Shown: piece after piece, positions 54,281 to 64,000 of the stretch
Position numbering within the stretch: the stretch's first letter is position 1
Layout: each line of letters starts with the position of its first letter
Assembly (NCBI RefSeq): GCF_902652985.1
Contig: NC_047019.1
Location: forward strand, 18,600,001-18,664,000
DNA: 64,000 nt
Reading direction: 5' to 3'
DNA from: Pecten maximus
Taxonomy: Eukaryota
Notes under the pieces: generated by a model
The model's database searches: none
Seen by the model: the letters and a program-made list of their open reading frames with translations, nothing else
What the model was told of the DNA's origin: nothing
Translations under genes and position numbers: made by a program

Positions 54281-54952
54281 ATGTATATAGAGGATATTGA
54301 ATGGTTCCCTGTTTAATATAACATATGTTTCACGAGTATGACAGAATATCGATATTTTCACGAGTGCAAAGCACGAGTGAAAAATATCGAAAAATTCTGT
54401 CATAAGAGTGAAATATATGTTATATTCAACGGGAAACAATTCAATTTTCTTTTTATTGCCTTTCATTAACTTATATCATTGTGTACAAAATTAAAACTAT
54501 CGAAAAATGTATAGCCTCAAAAAGTGCGGAAATCAGTAATGACGTCATCTCTTTGTGACGTTACTCCACGTCAACTTGACGGCGCCATTTTGAAAGGACT
54601 GATCAACACAATTTAAGCGTTTTCTGCTGTTATAGGAGATTCTGTGAATAGCTAACGTCAAGTGAGTATTTTATCAAAAAAATTGTCTAAAAATTTCAGA
54701 AATACAGCAAAATAACCAATTTATCTATCTCCACTTCGATTGGAAAAAATCGGCAAGTTTCTAAGAGGTTAATACAAAAGTCCGCTCTGATTTGTCAAAA
54801 ACCGAAAAGTTGTATTTTCACCGCAAAATCTTATATTTTCACTGCAAATTCTTATATTTTCACTGCTCGTCACTGCAGTGAAAATAAAAGTTTTATTAGT
54901 TTGATAAAATTCTATATTTCACTGGCAAAAATGCAATAAAGGAAAATATTAC
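54281..54952. mobile_element. Duplicated copy of the interspersed repeat at 42440-43157
   Basis: Same flanks (cggcagcacctgtccattaa / ggaaaatattacgcg), so it was copied with the segment; fewer 21-bp internal units. Confidence 0.7.
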
Positions 54953-57217
54953 GCGATTTTTTTACTAGTATTATAATTTATCTTGATAATTCTTTACAGA
55001 TCATTTAGAAGGTGGTGGTCAGTTTAAAGTAAGACTAACTATTTTAACAGGCATATACATTTTCCTCGTTTATAGCCAATATAATAAAGCAGTTTTATAG
55101 AAATGGTACAACGCCACGTGGGAAAGAAATATGTCTGTCCAGATATAAGTCACATCAGGCGGCCCGTACGATTTATCTCCCATAGAACATGAAAATGGTA
55201 AGCTGTGAATCAAACAAGAAAATAAAGAATTTTCTCGTTTACGGAAAGTGCCTAAGGTTCCCGAATGATACCGGAATTGGCTGAAATGCTTGTCATTTGT
55301 TTTGGAACAATGTTTAGTCGTAATTACAAAATTAAGAAGAATATGATTCAGATAATTTTGAATTTGCTCATGATAGTAACGATATACACATGTATAAATC
55401 CATCAACTTAAAATATTTTAATATTTTTGTTTCCATTTTTCAATATCACCTTAACATTTCCTGGGTAAAAAAGGATAGCGAATGAAAGATACCATTGCAT
55501 AATTAAGTAGTAAAAAGGGTTTGTTATAACATATGGATATCATTCTACCGCTTGAAATATATACTGTATACATTACTGACATAAACAGCAAGACAGAAGA
55601 TCATTATTTGCAATGATAGCAATTTATCCTACCTTGGACATGGATATCCGCAGTTTTACCTCGGAAAAAGACAAGCTACACGTGCTCTTTGAACGTGCTC
55701 ATGTCCTCTCTAGGGTAACGTCACTATGGCCTGACCTGGAACTCCGTTTACGGGGTCACACATGCATATGTTTGCCTGCTTGTTTACTTGTGTGCATACT
55801 ATTTGTGGAAGATTTAAATCGTAGTGAAAATGTTCAAAATCGGTAATATGGTAACTGCTGGGGCAAATAAACAATCAACATCGTAAGGTGTAAAGCGTCT
55901 GCTGCAGTCTTATCACAACGGTTATCCGACCTCCACGTGTTCTTGTTTACATAAGTTTTGATTTGCTTCACACTACGATTGAAAAACATGGTAAGAGGAC
56001 AGGGATATCCGCAGTTTCACCGGGGTGAAATTTTCTTTTCTCACCCTAGGGAAAAGACAAGCTACACGTACTCTTTGAACGCGCTCTTGTTCTCGATAGT
56101 ATTCACAAAAGAAATTTAAAATAAGTAATAATTATCAGAGTTAACGGAGTATTTGGTTTTCTTTTTGACACGTTAATCGGGAATATATATTTTGTATGAA
56201 ATCAATAACGTAAGGTCTAAAGCGTCTGCTACAGCCTTATCACAACAGACATCCGCCGTCCACGTGTTGTTGTTTACATACGTTTGGATTTGGTTCACAC
56301 TACAATTGGAAAACAGGGCAAGAGAAAAATAATCGTTCACCCCTTTTTAGGATGAGATAGGGGAAAGAGATATCTCAACCCTCAAGGGGGGGGGGGGGTA
56401 TTAAGTTACCAAACACTGGGAAAGCCTCGTGTTTGCATGTGAATTTAACACTCCTCCTATCTCACCCAAAAGGGGTTAATGATTCTATCTGTCTCTACTA
56501 TAATGAAAAAAGGTGTTTGCTTAAGTATTACTCTCTGTGAAGATGAGATAACCCTGACTCACTCCTCATCCACAGGGGCTTAAATGACATATTACTTTTT
56601 TATTAAGTAGTCTTTTCCGTGGTCAAGCAGATGGAAAGAGATAAAAGACTTCGTTGTTGTAAGATACATTGTCCTAGCTCAAAATAGCTACTAGCTCCTA
56701 TTCCTACTCCAAATGGTATTTTAAGGCATTTCTGCCATGACGCCGTTCAATCGTACTGAAAAGAAACTCCCTAGGGTGAGATAAGAAATGTGCCAGTGGA
56801 AACAGTGCCGATACATCTGCCTAGGGTAAGATAAATCACAAGACAATGATTCGGACAGAAAACAAATTTTATTTTTGCAAAAAAGAGATAGGACACAAAA
56901 GATAGAAATAGACGATTATATTTAATTTACTGGTGTAGTTTACAGATACAATGTTTGTTAGGAATATAAGATATAATGTATATACTGGAATGCGTAAATA
57001 ATTCGGTCCCGTAATACTCTCACTGTTTATTTCATGTTTTTTCGACAAAAACCAATACACAAATATAATTAGATGTCCCGTATTGGGTACAGGTAGACAA
57101 GAGTAGGTCAGACTAGCCAATGATAAGCTCATCCTGTCACGTCATTACACAATCATATAAAGAAAGAAACAAAGTACATATACACATAACCTTATCTTGG
57201 CCGAACAAGCACAAGCT

Positions 57218-60200
57218 ATGTCTCATGTATTATATACTTTCGTCGCTGTAATATTTTGTGAATATGTCATCAGTGAACCAACAACAAGAGTAGAGACACA
57301 ATGTGGACTCGTGGAAGGAAAATATAATGGTGAAGGATATGCCTTTCGTGGCATTCCATACTCACTGCCGCCCACTGGAAGTAGACGATGGAAGCCGCCT
57401 GTTCCACTCAACAAGGCGTCTGGAAACTGTTGGGATGGAACATTCCAAGCTTTTAACTATGGAAATACATGTATGCAGAGAAATCCGGAAAACCGGTCAA
57501 CTATTTTAGGAAGTGAGGATTGTCTTTACCTCAATGTATGGACACCAACTATTAATAGTAGTGCTAACCTACACGTAATGGTCTGGATCCACGGAGGAAG
57601 TTTACAAGATTCTAACGCAAATTGGCCAACTTATTGCCCCTCAGAGGAGCTAGCACGTGACACTAATATAGTTTATGTGGGTATGAACTACCGCCTCAAC
57701 GCGTTTGGTTTTATGGCCCTGACAATGCTATCAGAACAGTCTCTGACCAAGACTTCGGGTAACTACGGATTCATGGACCAAATCCTGGCCCTCAGATGGG
57801 TTCGGGATAATGTCAGGAACTTTGGGGGAAACCCAGATTCAGTATGTATCCCATTGTATTAAAAGCAGTTTTTACAACATGAAATAATATAACCAATGTA
57901 CAAAGATTTTAAGGCATATTTTAGAACTAAGCTGCATATTGATATTATCTTAATGTTACTTAAAACGCTAAACACTCAATATAACAATGCAAAATTGTAG
58001 ATTTCATGAAATAAACCAATAATACTGTTATAAATGATTATTACGCTTTGTTTAAGTTTCTGATCTTTCCACTGTTATTACTTAATATATATCATCTCTT
58101 ATCTTTTATAGAAAGATGAAAAAACGTGTATAGATCTTTGTTGCCCCTCAATCAATAAACATTAAAATACATTTTAATCTATTCAAGAACAATGAACGTA
58201 TTTCATGTAATAACAATTCCATAATATAACGTAAAGCTTGGTATAGCTACCACACATGCAAAAAATATATATTATACAAATATATCAGTGGTGTCTGTAC
58301 ATTAGTCCAATAGAACATCGGTCGATTAACAGTACCTCGTGTATGATATTTTGGACTTTTGCACAGACATCCATGATATATTTGTTTTATTACATGATCA
58401 TAAAACACATTTAGAATCAGTGAAATCTTGACTTTCCTGTAGGCCTAGACGTACCCATGACTGTCGTCTGGCAGTATTGACCTCTGAGTGACTTAGAAGC
58501 TTGAAAGGGTAGGACTAAATTCCGAAGCGTTACGCGGTATTCGCACGTGATCGTGTAATATTCATTTTAGCCGTACTTAAGTTTAAAATATAGCTTATGC
58601 GTGCAGTCGGACACGCGTGAAACACGTCGGCTGGATCGTGCAATGTGACTTTCGCACATGCACAACCGCTTACTCACTTTCATGCTAGCCGCTAGAGCAT
58701 AATAGGACATAATTATGTTCCAATAGAAAAAAAAACTGTATGTTATCGACTGCACGCCATCGGTGTGAAATCGCGACGGTGTGTATTTCCGTCCACAATA
58801 TACTGCGCGGCGACGCGAAATACGAATGCAATGGCTAAACACACATTCCGTAAATCGCTTTACAATGTAACGCTGGAAAAGGGTCTTGTTCACATGGTAA
58901 AGGGAGGGATTATAAATGGTATCGAGTCTACCCAAGTCACTTATCAAGGAAATAGCACGGCCACCGAAACGGGTCCAGAACGCTTTTCATTTTGAGGGGA
59001 GTACCTTGGATCAACCTTAAATTTGACGAGGGCACTAAGCGCACGTAAATGATTTTTTTTTTCACACAAAAAAAACGACAGAATGGTTCTCTACCTTCTA
59101 ACTACATCATTATTACATTTCATTACATAATGCTTTTGAGTTTTCTCAACTATACGCCTAAAGTATATTACGAACTATTGCACGGCTAAAACGGCTATTG
59201 CATGGTATTGTATATACATTATACAATATATTAACAACTATGACGTTTCGGAATTTAGTCCTACCTTTTCAAGGGTCTAAGTCACTCACCTGCCAACACT
59301 GCCAGACAACAGTCATAGCGACTTCTAGGACTGCGAGAATATCTATATTACGGTGATTTTAAGTGTGTTTTAGTGATTATGTAATAAAACAAATATATCG
59401 TAGGTGTCTGTGCAATAGTCCAGAATTTTTGACACTTGGTACTGGTAATCGACTGCTGTTCTATTGCACGAGGCCTAAGTATAACATAACATCTTTATTT
59501 TTTTTAGTAAACCTGACAATGACTAATTGCGTTTCTTTTCCCTTTCAGTATATGTTTTCACATAAATATTTTTTTCCTGAAGGGTTTGATATCAAGTGAT
59601 ATTTGATACAATGTTCACTAGGTCACGCTTTTCGGACAAAGCTCTGGAGGAACAAGTATTGTAGCATTGTTGGCTTCGGAACCAGCCAGAGGTTTGTTCC
59701 ACAAAGCGTGGATGCTTAGCGCCTCAGCAGTCTTCAACAAAACATCACATGACGCTTCCAAAGATAATCTTGTCTTCGTGAAAAACACCGGTTGTATAAA
59801 TGTCACGTGCCTATATGCCCTTCCTGCCTTAGAAGTCATCAAAGCTGTTCCATGGGAAGAGTATCCGTCTTGGGGAATGACTGACCAAGGTGACCTTCCA
59901 ACAAAGAACCACTTTGATGGTGCAATATCTGTTGTAGACGGTAAATATTACTACCTTCGTTTATTTGTTTAGTTTTACGATTTCTGTTTATTTTTTTTCC
60001 GCTCGCAATAAAACATATTATCATATTCTTACCATTTCATTCGCAAATGTATCAAATACATTGACTGCTCAAACCCCATATTCTATGGATACAAGTGATA
60101 CTTCTTTCGATGTTCCTTCCTAACTTATCTCTACTATTTGTTACTGCGTGCACGACCACTACATATATAGTATCAGCAGTTGATAATTGACCACATGTTT

Positions 60201-61391
60201 GCTATATAATATCGTTAGTTTGAACGTTAAGAAACTAATATTTATGAAGGTTTGTGCAGGTTGAATGTTTGAAGACACGGTTTTAATTATCTACCCCTTT
60301 CAGCAATACATTGTCTATCATACATTATCGCTTCACTTTTTCAATGACAAATTATTTTGTGAAAAATGAAATATTGAATTACTGCCTTGTTGGTGCCTAG
60401 GAGATGCTGTCACTTATCCTCCTTACCAGGCCTGGAAAAAAGGTATCGCTATAGATGTACCATTGATGATTGGTGAGTTCCTATGCTACAAGTACAATTG
60501 TCATGTGACATGTTCAGACTTTTTACAACAAAACGTATGATCAAAACATTGCAAAAATGCTTCTGGAATTTTTAAACAAAATTTGTAAACAAATTCTAAG
60601 TCATATAAAGATTGATCAAATATAATAGATATAAAGGTAACATTAATATTAAGTTTATTTACTGAGCTAGGTTTTATGAATCATTATCGATGAACGATAC
60701 CGATAATTCATTTTCCGAATGGCATGTTCCCATTTTAGTATATTTAGCCAAAGTATGCGTACTGATGTCGATGTTTATTTTCGCAGGTACTACTGCGAAT
60801 GAGATTGATTGTTCTCCAACTCTTTTGACTGTAAACACGTGGAACTGGACCGAGTACCAACGCCAAGTAAAAAGCCATTTGGGGACGTTTGGGTCTGACT
60901 TAGCTGACGATGCATTGAAATTATACCCAATTAATGTAACGTCAGCGGAATATGAGTATACACTGATGGGTGCAGACATTCGAGTGGGTTGTCCGAATGA
61001 CAAAATGTCTAAAGCTATCAGTATTGGTATGAAATCACCGGTATATAGATACGTCGTGACGTCACAGCCTTCAAAACCTGTTCACGTATTCGGAAAGCCT
61101 TTTCCGTCATCGTATTCCTTCCATATGTGGGACATGTTTGCATATTTTGATACAATCAAAGACTATATCAAGCCACCAGCTCCCTCTGATCGACGATTTC
61201 AAGAGATGGTCAGACGGGAAGTTCTTTCTTTTGTTCGCACCGGTGCACCCTCTACCGCAGACTGGCGGCCATATTCACAAGGTGTGACCGCACTTTTGTC
61301 TGAGGATGTTTCCGCTGCTAACCAATACAAGAGTAAAACATGTTCGTTTTGGTCCGTAAACGGTTTGCTAGATTACGGATGGATAAACTGA
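57218..61391 (+). CDS. Secreted type-B carboxylesterase, copy 5, type A body, intact; exons 57218-57841, 59622-59940, 60401-60472, 60787-61391; 539 aa
   Basis: HGGS, GQSSG, GTTANE, FHMWD and YGWIN*; canonical splice sites; open frame throughout. Confidence 0.95.
58226..58989. mobile_element. Copy-5-specific insertion (~760 bp) in intron 1, unclassified non-autonomous element
   Basis: Interrupts ccataat|tttgag, which is contiguous in copies 1 (~34022) and 3 (~46347). Confidence 0.7.
59111..59487. mobile_element. Second copy-5-specific insertion in intron 1, related to the first but inverted
   Basis: Absent from copies 1 and 3; 59243-59466 is an approximate reverse complement of 58308-58530. 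Confidence 0.65.
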
Positions 61392-61590
61392 TTGCCTACG
61401 AAGATCATTTGTCGTTTTGTTTAACGTTTGTTTCTCCGTATATCAAATCAATAAAATGCATTCTACTGTTCATTTTAGCTTTCGTCTATTCAACTTGAAT
61501 ATCAGTGTCAGATAAAATTCGTTTCAAATGAAATCAAGTAACACGTTTAATACATAACATCGTATGAACGTTTCAATTATTTTTTTAGAG

Positions 61591-61943
61591 TACCTTATAG
61601 CCTGTTATTTTCGCGAGATTACAGCTTCGCTATTCAGCGGGCCATTGACGTGGCCATGAAAGGCGTGGACTTGGGAAGACATCATCCGTAAAATAAGCTG
61701 TAGAAAAGAATGTCGTCATATTGTGCCGACATTTGCCGACTCGGGAACCGCCAATCATCCAAAGTTATTTCAATAGTTAAAATACTTCTTACCGATAGTG
61801 ATATACAATATCAGCAATAACGTGTTAAACATTTTGTAATTCGACATCATGAGCAATAAATCCTCCTGTATCCAAAACTTTTCTTTTGCTCTCCATGAAA
61901 ATCGCGAAAATTTTGACCGTTGAAAATAGCCTGCTATACGATA
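61591..61943. mobile_element. Old Tc1/mariner-like MITE with TA ends (3'-truncated paralogues start at 40331 and 52527)
   Basis: Left end taccttatagcctgttattttcgcg and right end ttgaaaatagcctgctatacgata form an imperfect terminal inverted repeat. Confidence 0.55.
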
Positions 61944-63254
61944 AGTGGTAGCTGTCAATAAGTCATATTATTATACAAATCCCATATATTCGTCTATTAA
62001 TTAGGCTTTGTAAGTGAAATAGCAAAAACATCGTGACGTATCAAATAAATTGAAGAAAATTATATCACAATGACATCAATGCATGATCCTTAAACATTTT
62101 GATGTCACTCTTCGAAGCACATTTTTTTTTCAAAACCAGTCAACAGAATAAGACACATTTTTCTGATTGTTGATGCACTGTACAGATGCTTGTAGTTTTC
62201 TGTCAACTGTTCAAGTGTAGTAGTATTGCGTTCATTGGTATCTTCAAGCTAACAGAGTATTAAAACAAATTGTTCAATATTAAAAAGTATATTGACAATA
62301 AAGGAATTGAAAAACATAAAAATACAAACTTATCACAATATCATAAGACTCCATGATGAAGAACCTTATCAAAACCTAGGAGAATGGTATGACGCTATGC
62401 CTGCTTGAACCTGAGTTAGATAAGATCAAGAAAGTGTTATAATTTCAAATAAAGAATGAAATGAAAATAAGTCATATCTAAGTCGATACCCTAAAGCTGT
62501 AGAGAGAGTTCTTACATGTAAAAAACTGCTTGTTTTGTTCTTGAAAACATAAATTGTATTCGTACTGTGACTAGTAATAGACTGAAATACATCAATGTAT
62601 ATCATTATTATCATGCACCTAATCTTTGTGATACCCTACAGGCAACTTATCATCAGGAATAACACTGAAATAATTTGTTAGTGTTCATGAACTCCAGGTA
62701 AGTTCACTTCCCAGCCGCTCGTTTCCAGCCTTACTTCTTTTCTATTTAATAGCCAATCTTAGAGTCCAGTACACGTCCAGTCGTACGTCTACTTTTATTG
62801 ATAGCGTATCCAAATAACACTGCAACAGCCAGTATACACTATTCAGTCCCGTTCGATTGTCCCATTCGAGTTATCTCTCTGATAACAATAGTCGAATATG
62901 TGAACTGCGAGTATGTGAACTGGGTGCAACATACAAATGTTCTACTTTTCGCTCACACAAATAATTATTTTAAAAAAGAAGCCAAACCAGGTTACTTTAA
63001 ATAGTGATATTTCTTAGCGACATGAGTCAGCAAAACCGGGAATAGACTATAATCTATATGTCCTTGAACTCGGAACATGTTGATGCATTTTATGAATTGA
63101 TCACGATAAACGTAGGGCATAATGATTGTCAAATACAACTATATTTAGAATGTTATCTTTTCTCCATCCTTGCTAGGTTCTAAGAGTGTAACGCAATCAG
63201 ACGCATTGGATAGCGAAGATGTATTTTGCCTTCTTTTATTTATTCATTTTTGTC

Positions 63255-63710
63255 CTCTCTCGCTTTCTAATGTCTCCCGTAACACTGCCTCAATTTGCAA
63301 GCAATTAAGCGTTCGTCCCTGCAAAGGTACTTTATGTTCCATAGTCCATATATATTATGGTAGTTGCTTCTCCTTCTTAACACACATCATTTCGGGAGTA
63401 GGCGACTAAATTTATATTTTGCCTTCTTTTTAAACAAACAAATTTCATTTATCTTGTAACTCCCTTGACACTCTCTCACTTTTGGCCTTTAGTTCCCTGT
63501 GAGGAAAGCTGCGGGGTTCTGTCCTCAAGCGTCAATAAAAATGGTCGTTGCTACTCCTGCTTTCAGCATATAAAAAGTGGGACGTCTTGTTCGCAGCCTC
63601 CCAAAACACACATACGCACACGCGTATGTCGCACGCATGGGAGGTCGCCCTTAAATGATCCTAGTTGTGGGATAGAACGTTAAACAATAATAAGCTAAAC
63701 CAAACCCAAA
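63255..63710 (+). mobile_element. Degenerate, partly duplicated SINE-like element (same family as 24235-24664)
   Basis: Shared blocks ctaatgtctcccgtaa, aggcgactaaattt, tttggccttt, atggtcgttgctactcctgct, cagcctcccaaaaca and cgcacgca..ccttaaatga, then an aaacc tail. Confidence 0.6.
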
Positions 63711-64000
63711 ATACATATATACACAACGCGCATGAATCTCGCACACATGGGAAACCGTCCTTAGATGGTCATTGATGTTAAAAAATACAAACAGAACCAA
63801 ACCAATCACGATAAAGTACAGAAACTTTTTATTTATCATTGGACTCCACTTACACTAAGACACAAATGGTACCTGATTGATGCTTGTATTTGTTATAATA
63901 AGATACGAGTAATGCTAAATGTTCCTAATTATATATCATGGGTGACACAAAATCAAAACAGATTTGAAGCAACACTAGGGTGTTTGGTTTGGTTTTATTT

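Overview
This is eukaryotic, AT-rich, intron-containing DNA from an animal. A bivalve mollusc is my best guess, based only on recalled repeat families. It has two parts. (1) Positions 6413-22055 (minus strand) hold a complete five-exon RERG/RASL11-family Ras-like small GTPase of 219 aa. It has no CAAX box and a non-canonical G3 box (DTISN instead of DTAGQ). Its introns and downstream flank carry 30-, 41- and 47-bp minisatellites. (2) Positions ~25100-63000 (plus strand) hold a tandem array of six paralogues of a secreted type-B carboxylesterase (para-nitrobenzyl esterase-like; four exons; HGG, GQSSG, Glu, His). They are arranged relic-A-B-A-B-A, reflecting a ~12-13 kb segmental duplication. 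Three copies are intact (31974, 49743, 57218). One is a true pseudogene (37700), one is a decayed relic (25163), and one (45345) is frameshifted in a pattern that looks like unpolished long-read error. The array shows patchwork gene conversion: the scaffold is homogenised, active-site loop variants are shuffled between copies, and even the dead relic carries a fresh tract. Several non-autonomous transposons (a TTAA-flanked Kolobok-like MITE, a Tc1/mariner-like MITE, SINE-like remnants) mark the duplication history. I found no CRISPR array, rRNA or intact tRNA. I cannot claim a wholly new biological system; the best candidates are the loop-shuffling esterase array and the G3-variant GTPase.
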